From NCBI GenBank assembly GCA_963677745.1, contig OY782391.1, forward strand, positions 992,001 through 1,056,000: 64,000 bases of DNA, written 5' to 3'. Positions 20,995 through 31,132 of this stretch are shown here, piece by piece (within the stretch, counting starts at the first letter, position 1; the number at the start of each line of letters is the position of its first letter). The position numbers and the translations under genes were made by a program. The notes beneath the pieces were generated by a model. That model saw nothing but the letters and a program-made list of their open reading frames with translations. It searched no databases and had not been told where the DNA came from. Source of the DNA: Candidatus Altimarinota bacterium (lineage in GTDB: Bacteria > Patescibacteriota > Gracilibacteria > UBA1369).

Positions 20995-21042
20995 AGAAAA
21001 AATGCCTAAGCGTATAAATGATACGTGAAGGCATTTTTTTCT
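20995..21042 (-). terminator. Probable terminator after rplL
   Basis: AGAAAAAATGCCT...CGTAT-AAATG-ATACG...AGGCATTTTTTTCT hairpin. Confidence 0.6.
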
Positions 21043-21072
21043 GCGGTCGACGCAGTAATGCGCAGAAAGAAA

Positions 21073-21462
21073 TTATTTCAGTTCGACTGTGGCACCGGCT
21101 TCCTCCAGTTTCTTCTTCATTTCCATAGCTTCTGCTCTGGGGACACCTTCTTTCAACGGCTTTGGGGCGCCATCCACCAGATCCTTGGCTTCTTTGAGTC
21201 CAAGAGCGGTAATTTCACGTACCACCTTGATCACGGCGATCTTTTGTGCACCTCCGCTGGCCAGAATCAGGTTGACATTGGCCGATTCTTCTTCTGCGGC
21301 TGCTCCGGCTGCACCTCCTGCTGCTGCCATTACTGGGGCGGCGGCGCTGACACCGAATTTTTCTTCCATGGCCTTGACCAGGTTGGCCAGGTCCAAGACT
21401 GATAGATTTCCTACCATTTCCAGGATTTTTTCAGCATCCTGACTTAGTTTAACGTCTGACAT
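21073..21462 (-). CDS. rplL: 50S ribosomal protein L7/L12
   Basis: [46 protein letters not shown]. Confidence 0.98.
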   Translation of the reverse strand: MSDVKLSQDAEKILEMVGNLSVLDLANLVKAMEEKFGVSAAAPVMAAAGGAAGAAAEEESANVNLILASGGAQKIAVIKVVREITALGLKEAKDLVDGAPKPLKEGVPRAEAMEMKKKLEEAGATVELK

Positions 21463-21530
21463 GTGAGAAATAGTTAATTGATAATTATTGATAATTTACG
21501 TACAGGCAAGCTGCCTGTTCCGGCATTCCA

Positions 21531-22037
21531 TTAAGCGGCCGGAGCTTTTTCCGACAGGCCTTTGATAACCATATAAAATCCTGTAAGAGGTGATTTCATC
21601 GATCCGACCAGGCGAGCCAGTAGTTGCTGCTTGGAAGGTAGGGAAGCCAGTTCAACGGCTTCAGCTTTGCCTAGCAGTCTGCCCTCCATGATTCCTCCGG
21701 TCAAAACGACTTTGTTTTCCACGCTGTCTCCAAAATCTTTAACCATTTTGGAGGGAGTGATCAGATCATTTTCGTCATAACCGATTACGGCGGCGATGGG
21801 ACCTACCAGAACTTCATCCGAAATTTCGGGGAGGTTCTGTTTTTTGGCGGCCAGTTTCATCAGTGTCTTCTTGGCTACCACAAAGTCCATTCCGTTGTCA
21901 TGCAGTTTCTTTCGCAGGGCGGTGACATTCTTGACGGAAAGCCCCTTGTTCTCGGCGAAATAAACTGATTTGGCTCTGGAAAACTTCTCTTCCAGCTCTT
22001 TCAGGATTTGGCCTTTTTTTGATTTAGTAATTGCCAT
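21531..22037 (-). CDS. rplJ: 50S ribosomal protein L10
   Basis: MAITKSKK, GLSV...LRKKL...VAKKTL, LASLPSKQQLLARL; upstream of rplL. Start refined to ATG 22037. Confidence 0.97.
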   Translation of the reverse strand: MAITKSKKGQILKELEEKFSRAKSVYFAENKGLSVKNVTALRKKLHDNGMDFVVAKKTLMKLAAKKQNLPEISDEVLVGPIAAVIGYDENDLITPSKMVKDFGDSVENKVVLTGGIMEGRLLGKAEAVELASLPSKQQLLARLVGSMKSPLTGFYMVIKGLSEKAPAA

Positions 22038-22051
22038 ATTGGGGACCAAAT

Positions 22052-22232
22052 TAAAAAAATAACTCAACTTTGGTCTAAGACAGTTGAGTGCGATGAACTC
22101 CATTCTGGTTCCCGCAGGCCGTTCCGCCTTTTGTAGACAGTGGGCTGCAACCTGGGAAATGGACTGTTGATGCGTCTCGGTAGGGGGTTTTACGGCACGA
22201 CCTGACCGTGCCTACCTACTGTCTTTGACGGG
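22052..22232 (-). promoter_or_regulatory. Ribosomal protein L10 leader (autoregulatory RNA)
   Basis: Minus strand reads CAAAGACAGTAGG...CCTACCGAGA, resembling the L10 leader consensus, followed by a CTCAAC...GTTGAG-TTATTTTTTT hairpin just before rplJ. Confidence 0.75.
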
Positions 22233-22344
22233 GGAAATCTAATTGCTGTCCGGGGAAAAGTCAAGAAATTCGGCAATCATTTGACTTAGTCTGTCGGATA
22301 GCGCAGAAAATACAGAGTGATACCAAATAACGTCGGGGCAATCC

Positions 22345-23382
22345 ATGAATACAAGTATTACGACGGCTAGTCAGCTGATTAAGCTGGTGGATAGCCATCT
22401 CAAAACGGCGAAGCGTCAAAGGAAAATTCCCCTGTTGGCGGTGATTGGTCCGACTGCTTCCGGGAAAACCGCTTTCGGAATTGCCTTGGCCTCTCATTTT
22501 AATGGGGAAATTGTTTCCTCCGATTCCCGTCAAATTTACAGGGGAATGATGATCGGCACCGCTCAGCCGACCGCAAAAGAAAAAGCACAGGCCAGGCATT
22601 ATCTGGTGGATTTTCTGGAACCGGATCAGCCTTTTAATCTGGCTGAATATCAAAGATTGGCCACAGCCAAACTTCAGGATATTGAAAAACGGGGGAAATT
22701 ACCGCTGTTGGTAGGAGGAACAGGTTTATACATCAGCTCGATTACCGAAAATTACCTGCTGCCCGACTCGCAACCGGACCAGGAGCTGCGTCTGAAAATG
22801 AATAAACTGGCGGAAGAACAGGGCAAGGAGGCTGTTCATCTGCTGCTTGAAAAACTGGATCCGGAAGCGGCAAAACGCATTCATCACAATAATCTTCGTT
22901 ACGTCATCAGGGCATTGGAAATTGCCTGTCGAAAAAAAAAATTCAGCGCTGTCTCGACAGCCGGTCAGTCACCTGATAAATCGCCTGAACAATCACCTTT
23001 TTATCCACTCTTTCTGGAGGTGCGGTGGCCCCGTGAAATTCTTTATCAGCGTATCGAAAAAAGGATTGATCAGCAGATGGAGCAGGGATTGCTCAAGGAA
23101 GTGAAAAATCTGTTGACGAAGTATGATGAAAATCTGCCAAGTATATCTTCGCTGGGGTATCGGGAACTGGGACTATATCTGCAGGACAAAATTACTTTAG
23201 CCGATGCCCTTGAGCTGTTCAAAAAAAACACCAGAAATTTTGCCAAAAGACAATTAACTTGGTTTAGAAAATTTCCACAGGTATACTCAATTCCCGGAGA
23301 AGCCCTGTCGGAAGTGATTAATGACCTCCTCACCGTGCGACCAGCCGGAACAGGAAAAACGGCGCGGCCAAAGGAAAAATAG
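22345..23382 (+). CDS. miaA: tRNA dimethylallyltransferase
   Basis: GPTASGKT, DSRQIY, VGGTGLYI, RALE, TRNFAKRQLTWF. Confidence 0.97.
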   Translation: MNTSITTASQLIKLVDSHLKTAKRQRKIPLLAVIGPTASGKTAFGIALASHFNGEIVSSDSRQIYRGMMIGTAQPTAKEKAQARHYLVDFLEPDQPFNLAEYQRLATAKLQDIEKRGKLPLLVGGTGLYISSITENYLLPDSQPDQELRLKMNKLAEEQGKEAVHLLLEKLDPEAAKRIHHNNLRYVIRALEIACRKKKFSAVSTAGQSPDKSPEQSPFYPLFLEVRWPREILYQRIEKRIDQQMEQGLLKEVKNLLTKYDENLPSISSLGYRELGLYLQDKITLADALELFKKNTRNFAKRQLTWFRKFPQVYSIPGEALSEVINDLLTVRPAGTGKTARPKEK

Positions 23383-23396
23383 AAATAATTTCGCCA

Positions 23397-25106
23397 ATGC
23401 AGGAATTGTCACCACACAAATCGATGCTGGAACAGACTTGGAAGCTGCGGCCGCAGGATCCGGATCTGAATATTATCCAGAATATTCTGAAGAATCGCGG
23501 AATCGTTGATACTGAAGCGGTAAATACTTATTTTAACCCCAATCTTAAAAAGGGCTTTCATAATCCCTTTTTGATGAAAGATATGGACAAGGCGGTCACA
23601 CGTCTTAACAAGGCAATCAAAGATCAGGAAAGAATAATCATTTTTGGGGACTATGATGTTGATGGAATAAGCGGTACCGCCATTCTCTATAATGCCCTGA
23701 AACTGTGCGGGGCCAATTCGTCTTATCGTTTACCGCACCGAATCAATGACGGTTATGGTCTGAACGAGAAATTTATCGATGAATTTAAGGAGAAAAACGT
23801 CAAACTCCTGCTCACGGTGGACTGCGGCATTTCCTGCCGCGATCAGATTTCCAAGGCCGCTGATTATGGAATTGATGTAATTATCACCGACCATCATACC
23901 GTTCCCGCCCAGATTCCCGACCGCGCTTACGCCATTTTACATCCCAAACAGCAGGATTGTCCCTATCCTTTTAAAGGACTGACCGGGGCCGGCGTGGCTT
24001 ACAAGCTGGCTTCTGCGCTGATCACGGACCGGTTCGCCGGCCCCGAACGCGACAAGATTCTTTATTCCCTGCTCGATCTGGTCAGTCTGGGAACGGTGGC
24101 GGATCTCGGCCCCCTGCTCGGGGAAAACCGGATTATCGTCAAATACGGACTGGAGGCCATGCAGAATTCCAATTGGCCGGGCCTGAACCTGCTGATGGAG
24201 TCGGCCGGCATCAACCTCAACCAGAAACTGGGCGTATCGGATATCGGTTTTAAAATCGGGCCGCGCATCAACGCCGCCGGCCGCATTGACCATCCCTATC
24301 ATGCTCTGCAAATGTTGCTGCACGAAGGTGATTTGCAGGAAGGAAAATCCAAAGCCAGCCGGCTGGAAAAACTGAATCTGGAAAGACAGCAGATGGTCCA
24401 GAAAGCTCTTCAGGAGGCAGAGATTCAGTATGCCGACTACCCCTCCGGCCGTAAAATATTTATTGCCTGGAGTCCGGAGTGGCACGCCGGAATTTTGGGA
24501 CTGATTTGCAGCAAAATGGTGGAAAAATACGGGATTCCAACCATTGCCATGCAGGAATATGACAATCAACTGGTGGCTTCATTCCGCAGCAATAAAATGC
24601 TGAACGCTGTTGATTCGCTCAATCATGTCGCCGACTTACTGGCCCATTTTGGAGGACACGCCCAGGCCGCCGGCTTTAGTCTGAACAAGGAAAACCTCCA
24701 GCCTTTTATCGAAAAAATATCGGCTTATGCCGCAGATGTACTGGAACACCACACCTTCGAACAGGAATTGTATATTGATGCGATTCTGGATAAACAGGAT
24801 GTTAACGATAATTTTATGCGTTTGCTCGAGCAGATGGAACCGTTCGGAGTCGGAAACGAAAAACCGGTTTTTATGCTGAAAAACGTCTTGCCGGAAGATC
24901 TCAAGACGGTCGGTCGGGAGCAGCAGCATCTGCATTTTCAGTCCAACACCGGCATCAGCAGATTTTCCTCAATCGCCTTCAAACTGGGATCCTATTTCCC
25001 GCAGCTGGAAGGCAGCGAAAAAGTGGATCTGGCACTTCATCTGGAAAAAAACATCTGGAACGGCCGTGAATCGGTGCAATTTCAGGTGCTGGATTTTATG
25101 AAATAA
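23397..25106 (+). CDS. recJ: ssDNA-specific exonuclease RecJ
   Basis: GDYDVDG, TVDCG, ITDHH, GTVAD, PRINAAGR, FGGHAQAAG, EPFGVGNEKP. Confidence 0.97.
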   Translation: MQELSPHKSMLEQTWKLRPQDPDLNIIQNILKNRGIVDTEAVNTYFNPNLKKGFHNPFLMKDMDKAVTRLNKAIKDQERIIIFGDYDVDGISGTAILYNALKLCGANSSYRLPHRINDGYGLNEKFIDEFKEKNVKLLLTVDCGISCRDQISKAADYGIDVIITDHHTVPAQIPDRAYAILHPKQQDCPYPFKGLTGAGVAYKLASALITDRFAGPERDKILYSLLDLVSLGTVADLGPLLGENRIIVKYGLEAMQNSNWPGLNLLMESAGINLNQKLGVSDIGFKIGPRINAAGRIDHPYHALQMLLHEGDLQEGKSKASRLEKLNLERQQMVQKALQEAEIQYADYPSGRKIFIAWSPEWHAGILGLICSKMVEKYGIPTIAMQEYDNQLVASFRSNKMLNAVDSLNHVADLLAHFGGHAQAAGFSLNKENLQPFIEKISAYAADVLEHHTFEQELYIDAILDKQDVNDNFMRLLEQMEPFGVGNEKPVFMLKNVLPEDLKTVGREQQHLHFQSNTGISRFSSIAFKLGSYFPQLEGSEKVDLALHLEKNIWNGRESVQFQVLDFMK

Positions 25107-25108
25107 AC

Positions 25109-25137
25109 TTGACAAACCAGGGTAGCTTATTTATGCT
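25109..25137 (+). promoter_or_regulatory. sigma70-type promoter
   Basis: TTGACA-17 nt-TATGCT just upstream of ATG 25155. Confidence 0.7.
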
Positions 25138-25154
25138 GACACCTTATTTTTGAA

Positions 25155-28100
25155 ATGTCAAACATGGGAGAAGATAAGGACAAACGTTTTGAAAAGGCGT
25201 CTCCGGCTGAAATTCAAGAGGAAATTGACCAGATAGTCAAATACCACGAGGATAACGCCGCGCATTTTTATGATGAGGGCACGGTTGGCGAACCGGCCAT
25301 GGATACCGGCAACCGGTTGTTTGATCTCGCCAATAGAATCGGAGTGGATGGTTTTTGTCTGATCAGCCCGCTGGCGGCAGATGAACATAACATTCGGGCG
25401 GAAGCCAGTAGTAAAATCGAGAAGGCCGTGGCAAATGTCTATCAGGAAATTATTAAGGCGGCAAAAACTTACGCTGCCAACAGAGATACCAACTCTTTTA
25501 ATGAATATTGCAGAATAATTACGCCTGCTTTAAGGCTTATTGATGATACCCTGGGCACACTCGGCATGGAAGAAACTTCTACCAGTTTGTCCTCGGCCTA
25601 TGGGGCTGGATCCACTACCCATATCAAATTTACCGAGCATCTCAGACGTTTATTTGATGAAAAGTCAGGTTTTGCCCAGCTGGAGCAATTACCTGCCGAA
25701 GGAACTGATCCCCGTACTTTTTTGGAAGGATTGATCGAAGAGGAGGCGGAGCAAAATAAACCCCGAACCCGCACTCATATGGGCTTGGGAGTGCCGCACT
25801 TCTCTCCACCACCAGCCAAGGCCGAAACACCTACTGCTCCTCAACCGCTTGCCCCGGCACTTTCACAACCCGCTGACGATCCGGTTATTATGACCGGCGT
25901 AAGCAGAATGATTCCCTCCGTTACTCCGCCGGCAGACCTGCCCGCAGTTAAATCCGTTCCCCAGAAAACAGAAACCGGTTTGGGAAAAATCCCCGTTTCC
26001 GCCGATAATCCCGGGCTGGGACAACTCTCCGCCATGAATGGAATTCCTCTTGCCCCCAGACCCGAGATTTCAGTTCCGCCTCCGGGCAGACTGCCTACGG
26101 ATGACCCCATTGTCAGCAGTTACATGGCCTATGAAGACGAACATGAGGAGGACCCGGTCACTTCTGATTCTGAAAAGGTGCAAAAAGAATTGATTCCGGA
26201 TGAACAAATCTCCAATGAAGTCGGGGAAATTCCACCATCCGGTGTCTTTACGCTCGGAATTGGTGAAAGCATGCCCCAGAACGGAAATCGTCAATACACT
26301 TTACCCGTTGCCAATCCCGATGATCCTGACTCTCCTCTGATTGGCGTAAATCACATAGATCATAGAGAGCTGGGGGATCTGCCTGAACATGAAAGCCATG
26401 AATCGTCTGCTCCCAGAGTTCCGACCATACTTCCAAGAGCCCTGGGATCGCCGGCTCAATTCAGCGAAGAGGCGGTCACAGTTAAATCGGTCTCAACCGG
26501 AACGCTCAGTGTTCCGACAATAAATTCCGTTCCAGAAATTCGCGAAGCTCCTGAAGTTCATGAAGTACAGATGGCATCCGACCTGCAGCCTGCCGTGGAA
26601 ATTCCGGCCAAGGCAGAGGAAGCGACATTTATTCCTCCATCCGCTTTTCATAATTTCGGAGGGGGCGATTACCAGGCTCCTTACTGTCCCAGTGAAAAAC
26701 GCCAATCCAATCCGCCACCGGCTGAGGCGGTAGTTGTAACACCTCCGGCCGATCTGGAACCGCCTCCCTTTACCGAAGAACATAATAAATGGGTGGCCAG
26801 ACAAAAACTGGCTGCGGGGGAGGAAGAAGCCCCCGATTCCGAGGAAGGCAGGCGCACTGCGGTACTTCCCGCAGCCGAGCCGATTATGCCGACTGAACCA
26901 ACTCCTTCCTCAACTTATTTAAAAACCAGTCTTTCCAATAGACCGGCTGCCAGCCCTGTTGCACCGGCTCCGCTTCCGATCCCGGTTGCAGTTCCTCCTG
27001 CTCCGATAGAAGAAGAAGAACCAGCTCCATTTACCAAAAGTTGGGCGGCCCGACAGGCGGCACAAAACACGATACAAAACGGCACTGTTGATGCCAAAAC
27101 AGCCGTTTCATCCTCAGTTGAAGGACTTAAACCGGCGGAAAAAGTTAAAGCAAAGTCTTCCGGAGAGGAAGAATCGGAGATTACGCCACGACGTTCCGAA
27201 CCACCTACCCCCGAAGACACTCAAACCCAGTCCAGATCCAAATTATGGCGCTGGGCAGGAGCTGGAGCGACTGCGCTCGGCCTGACCGGCTTGTTTGGCG
27301 GATTGATTGCCGGAGATACTTTTTCTCATACTACCGATAGTAAATCCACTGCCGCCGCTTCAGCCAGCGCGTCTTCCAAAACTGCCGCCACCCCGCCTTC
27401 AGCTTCCTCCAGCGCCGCTTCCAACAAAACTCCCGACAAACCGGCTACTGTGGAAAATCAGGCCAAGGGAGAAAAAGGAATCTATAGAATCGACGTCCAG
27501 TCACCGGCATTTCAGGGATATTTGTGTCATTTCAAAGGCGCTTCCATGCTTTCCGACACCATGAAGAAAGTCGCTCTGGCCACCCAAGTGGGGTTCAATC
27601 AGAATTTACAGGAACGCCAAACGGCACAGAAACAAGGGAAAACAATGCTGGTCGGCAATGAAGACGAAAATTCGCAGCGTCTGGCTTTGCTGGAGGCCTA
27701 TCTGAACCAGGCCCAAGCCGATTCGACTGATAATTATTTTATAAAGAACTATTTCCGTAAACAGAAATCAGCCTTTGAAGACTTTAAAGCCACTGGAGTT
27801 TGGAGCCGTGAGGCCAGGGCTTACGCCGTCGATAAATTGTATGATTCTCTGGTGATGGAAAGATTGGTTACCTCGCCGGAAATAATCGGTTTCGCTCCGG
27901 TTGTGGATTCTTCGAACTGGAAACAGGTCAGCGACTATGCTCCGGCTTTCGCCAAGGTCAGTCAGGAAGCCGCACGCCGTCTGCACCTTGCTGGAAATGT
28001 CCCTCCCTTTAATGATCCCCGTCTGATGAAAGTATCTATGTGTGACGAAATTCAAAAAATCGGCAAGGACGTTCGGACGATCAAATCGCTCAAAATCGGT

Positions 28101-28628
28101 AAACCCGAAGACGTAATGGCCGGTATTCATTATATGTATAACGCCTGGTGTAAAGACACCTGCCCTGCTTTCGTCAATCCTTTTGAAAAGGCCATTCGTG
28201 TGACAGAACCGGTCAAGGCCGAAAAACCACAACCCGTTCCGTCACAGGTCAATCAACCAAATGTCGTGCCAAATCCGGAACCGCTTCCCGGCAATTTAAA
28301 TCCGGCCCCCGTGCAGCAACCTCAACCGAAACACACCTGGTTCAAATGGCCTTGGCAGAAAAACTCAGCTCCCGACCGGCAGGTCATGCCTCAAAATTCT
28401 GAGACTCAGTATGCCTGCGCCGCTCCCGAGAAAAAGCCTGGTTTACTGTCACGTGCCGTCAGTAAGGTTAAAGAATTCTTCGGGTTCGGCGGGAAGGTGG
28501 AACAGTCTTCTCAGTCACAATACGCTTCGACTTCCGATGCCAATTGGTCACCATTTATTATGGATGATACAATAGTAACTCCCAAACAAACCTGGAAAGA
28601 AACCCTTAAGGAATATTTCTGGGGATAA
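25155..28628 (+). CDS. Large orphan Pro/Glu-rich single-pass membrane protein
   Basis: 1157-aa ORF with own promoter; helical N-domain, ~500-aa low-complexity linker, TM (WAGAGATALGLTGLFGGLIAG), Ser/Ala linker, C-terminal domain. Confidence 0.8.
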   Translation: MSNMGEDKDKRFEKASPAEIQEEIDQIVKYHEDNAAHFYDEGTVGEPAMDTGNRLFDLANRIGVDGFCLISPLAADEHNIRAEASSKIEKAVANVYQEIIKAAKTYAANRDTNSFNEYCRIITPALRLIDDTLGTLGMEETSTSLSSAYGAGSTTHIKFTEHLRRLFDEKSGFAQLEQLPAEGTDPRTFLEGLIEEEAEQNKPRTRTHMGLGVPHFSPPPAKAETPTAPQPLAPALSQPADDPVIMTGVSRMIPSVTPPADLPAVKSVPQKTETGLGKIPVSADNPGLGQLSAMNGIPLAPRPEISVPPPGRLPTDDPIVSSYMAYEDEHEEDPVTSDSEKVQKELIPDEQISNEVGEIPPSGVFTLGIGESMPQNGNRQYTLPVANPDDPDSPLIGVNHIDHRELGDLPEHESHESSAPRVPTILPRALGSPAQFSEEAVTVKSVSTGTLSVPTINSVPEIREAPEVHEVQMASDLQPAVEIPAKAEEATFIPPSAFHNFGGGDYQAPYCPSEKRQSNPPPAEAVVVTPPADLEPPPFTEEHNKWVARQKLAAGEEEAPDSEEGRRTAVLPAAEPIMPTEPTPSSTYLKTSLSNRPAASPVAPAPLPIPVAVPPAPIEEEEPAPFTKSWAARQAAQNTIQNGTVDAKTAVSSSVEGLKPAEKVKAKSSGEEESEITPRRSEPPTPEDTQTQSRSKLWRWAGAGATALGLTGLFGGLIAGDTFSHTTDSKSTAAASASASSKTAATPPSASSSAASNKTPDKPATVENQAKGEKGIYRIDVQSPAFQGYLCHFKGASMLSDTMKKVALATQVGFNQNLQERQTAQKQGKTMLVGNEDENSQRLALLEAYLNQAQADSTDNYFIKNYFRKQKSAFEDFKATGVWSREARAYAVDKLYDSLVMERLVTSPEIIGFAPVVDSSNWKQVSDYAPAFAKVSQEAARRLHLAGNVPPFNDPRLMKVSMCDEIQKIGKDVRTIKSLKIGKPEDVMAGIHYMYNAWCKDTCPAFVNPFEKAIRVTEPVKAEKPQPVPSQVNQPNVVPNPEPLPGNLNPAPVQQPQPKHTWFKWPWQKNSAPDRQVMPQNSETQYACAAPEKKPGLLSRAVSKVKEFFGFGGKVEQSSQSQYASTSDANWSPFIMDDTIVTPKQTWKETLKEYFWG

Positions 28629-28717
28629 AAGCTTGATTTACAGGAAAGAGAAAGTGTTTTATAATATAAGGATACCAAGCTCTAAATATCCACTAAGATT
28701 CCGGGAAACAGTCATCA

Positions 28718-30091
28718 ATGAAAAACATCGAAAACCAAATCCTTAAGCTGATTGATAACGCCCGGAGCATCCTGGTGATGCCCTCCAGTCCCCCGGACGG
28801 AGACTCTTTGGGCAGCGCCGTGGCTATTTATCTGGCTCTCCGTAAAATCGGAAAAACCTCCACTGTGGTCTGTGCTGACCCGGTGCCGGAGGTTTTTCAG
28901 TTCCTGCCGATGATCAATACCATCACCAATGAATTTACCCCGACTCCCGATTTTATCATCACTGTGGATGCAAAAAACGCTGAACTGGCCAGCATCCAGA
29001 GTGAACTGAAGGAGAACAAGATCAATATCATTCTGACTGCCAAGAGCGGACAATTCAGTTCCGACAAAGTCAGCTTTTCACACGGGGAAAATCGCTATGA
29101 TCTGATTATTACGGTTGATACGGCCGCCCAGCAGCAGTTGGGCAGATTTTATGAGGACAATGTAAAACTGTTCAGTGAAATTCCAGTCGTAAACATCGAC
29201 CATCATGCCTCCAACGAGCAATTCGGACTGATTAATTATGTGGAGGTGATGAGTTCTTCCGCCGCGGAAATTGTTCAGAGTCTGCTGGAAGCAATGGAGG
29301 AGTATAAAGGAATAGAAATTATTGATGAAGATATCGGCACACTGCTCCTGGCAGGTATCATCACCGATACCGGATCTTTTCAGAATTCCAACACCAATCC
29401 CAAATCTTTTTCCAATTCGGCCAAATTGATACGCAGGGGAGCCAGGCAGCAGGAAATCATTCAGCACGTTTTCAAGACCAAACAGCTTTCCACTTTGCGT
29501 TTGTGGGGACGGGTACTCACTAATATTCACATTGAAAAACCCCATCGTTTTCTGTGGTCCGTCATTACCAAAAAGGATTTACTGGAAACCGGCAGCCAGG
29601 CCGATGAATCCGGAGGTATTATTGACGAACTGATGACCAATGCCCCCGATACGGACATCATACTTTTATTAAAAGAGAAGGAAGACGGTTTGCTTTCGGG
29701 AAGTCTGCGTACCACCTCCGACGGAATAGATGCCAGCGAGATTGCCTCTATCTGGGGCGGCGGGGGACACGCCAAAGCGGCGGGTTTCCGTATCAAGGAT
29801 GCCTCGTTTGCTTCGGCCGGCCGGGATATTGTTGAAAAAATTAAGGAATTTCAGTCCCGCAGATTGAACATTATTCCTGAGAATAACAGCGATACTCAGT
29901 CAGTCAAAAAAGAGGAAAAAGAAATCCTGCCGGCCAAAGTCGAACTGAAAAAAACATCAGCCGGACAGAGTCAGGCGGAGTCTTCAGATGACAAAGAGCA
30001 AAACCATCAAAAAGAGTCCCGTGTCATTTCCAAAAAAGATCAACAGCCCAAAAAACTCACTCCCGGCGCGCTGTATAGATTTGAAGAATAG
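28718..30091 (+). CDS. nrnA: DHH/DHHA1 phosphoesterase (NrnA-like)
   Basis: PDGDSLGS, TVDT, NIDHH, TDTGSF, GGGGHAKAAG. Confidence 0.88.
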   Translation: MKNIENQILKLIDNARSILVMPSSPPDGDSLGSAVAIYLALRKIGKTSTVVCADPVPEVFQFLPMINTITNEFTPTPDFIITVDAKNAELASIQSELKENKINIILTAKSGQFSSDKVSFSHGENRYDLIITVDTAAQQQLGRFYEDNVKLFSEIPVVNIDHHASNEQFGLINYVEVMSSSAAEIVQSLLEAMEEYKGIEIIDEDIGTLLLAGIITDTGSFQNSNTNPKSFSNSAKLIRRGARQQEIIQHVFKTKQLSTLRLWGRVLTNIHIEKPHRFLWSVITKKDLLETGSQADESGGIIDELMTNAPDTDIILLLKEKEDGLLSGSLRTTSDGIDASEIASIWGGGGHAKAAGFRIKDASFASAGRDIVEKIKEFQSRRLNIIPENNSDTQSVKKEEKEILPAKVELKKTSAGQSQAESSDDKEQNHQKESRVISKKDQQPKKLTPGALYRFEE

Positions 30092-30106
30092 ACGTAGAGT
30101 TCTGTC

Positions 30107-30838
30107 TTATTCCAGATTGGTGTAAACCTCGCTAACGTCATCCTCATTTAAAAGTGTTTCCACCAGCAACTCCAGTGACTCACGATGGGGATCGTTTTCC
30201 GGCATGGAAAGGTTGTTCTTCGCTTCAAAAGTCAAAGTGGAACTTTCAATTTTCCAGCCTTTTCTAAGTACTTCCGCCCTGAGTTTTCCGAAATCATCAG
30301 GGGAAGTTGTGACCTTCAGTATATTTCCGTCGGCTTCCACATCGTTGGCGCCCAGATCGATCAATTCCAATGTAATCGCCTCCAGCTGATCCAGTTTTTT
30401 CTCCTCGATCTCAATAAAGATCAGCCCGACTCTATTGAACATCCAGGCCACTGCTCCCGCCTCGGCCAGCCGGCCCCCTTTTTTATTGAGTATGACCCGG
30501 ATATTGCCCAGGGCCCGATTTTTATTATCGGTCAGTGTTTCGATCAGCATGGCGACCCCGCCGGGACCAAAAGCGTCATAAACAATTTCTTCATAAATAG
30601 CAGCATTTTTATCCTCACCACTGCCTTTTTTAATTGCCCTTTCAATGTTGTCGTTGGGTACATTTTCCGCGCGCGCCAGCTCCACCGCTGCAGCCAGCAG
30701 AGGGTTGGTACCGAGGTCTGCACCCCCGCGCGCGGCGATGGCGATCAGTTTGGCGTGCCGGGTGAAAACTTTGGCCTTGCGGGCATCCTCAGCCATTTTC
30801 CGGTGTTTGATATTGTGCCATTTGGAATGTCGGGCCAT
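30107..30838 (-). CDS. yebC: YebC/PmpR family protein
   Basis: MARHSKWHNIKHRK, NIERAIKK, GPGGVA, TDNKNR, DDVSEVYTN. Confidence 0.95.
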   Translation of the reverse strand: MARHSKWHNIKHRKMAEDARKAKVFTRHAKLIAIAARGGADLGTNPLLAAAVELARAENVPNDNIERAIKKGSGEDKNAAIYEEIVYDAFGPGGVAMLIETLTDNKNRALGNIRVILNKKGGRLAEAGAVAWMFNRVGLIFIEIEEKKLDQLEAITLELIDLGANDVEADGNILKVTTSPDDFGKLRAEVLRKGWKIESSTLTFEAKNNLSMPENDPHRESLELLVETLLNEDDVSEVYTNLE

Positions 30839-30848
30839 AACTGAAAAT

Positions 30849-31121
30849 TTATTCGGTTTTGAGAGGCAAGGTCAGTCGTATGTTTTCCTTGGTGGTCACG
30901 GCCTGGGCGGTGGGAGTTTCCGGGGGAGGGGCGGTGGGGCCTTTCATGGTTTCCGGACCTGCAGTCGGACCGTTGGAATAGGGAACACCGTATTTTCCGA
31001 CCTGATCCTCAGCTTTTTGAGGGGCATCGGCACCTTTTTCCTTGTTCATTTCCCCATTTTCCTGTTGGCATCCGGCCAGCAGAATAATGCTTAGAACTAA
31101 GATTATTTTCCAGTATTTCAT
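30849..31121 (-). CDS. Small lipoprotein
   Basis: Lipobox LLAG|C, Pro/Thr-rich tail; fits operon spacing. Confidence 0.65.
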   Translation of the reverse strand: MKYWKIILVLSIILLAGCQQENGEMNKEKGADAPQKAEDQVGKYGVPYSNGPTAGPETMKGPTAPPPETPTAQAVTTKENIRLTLPLKTE

Positions 31122-31132
31122 TGTTGCTTAAA

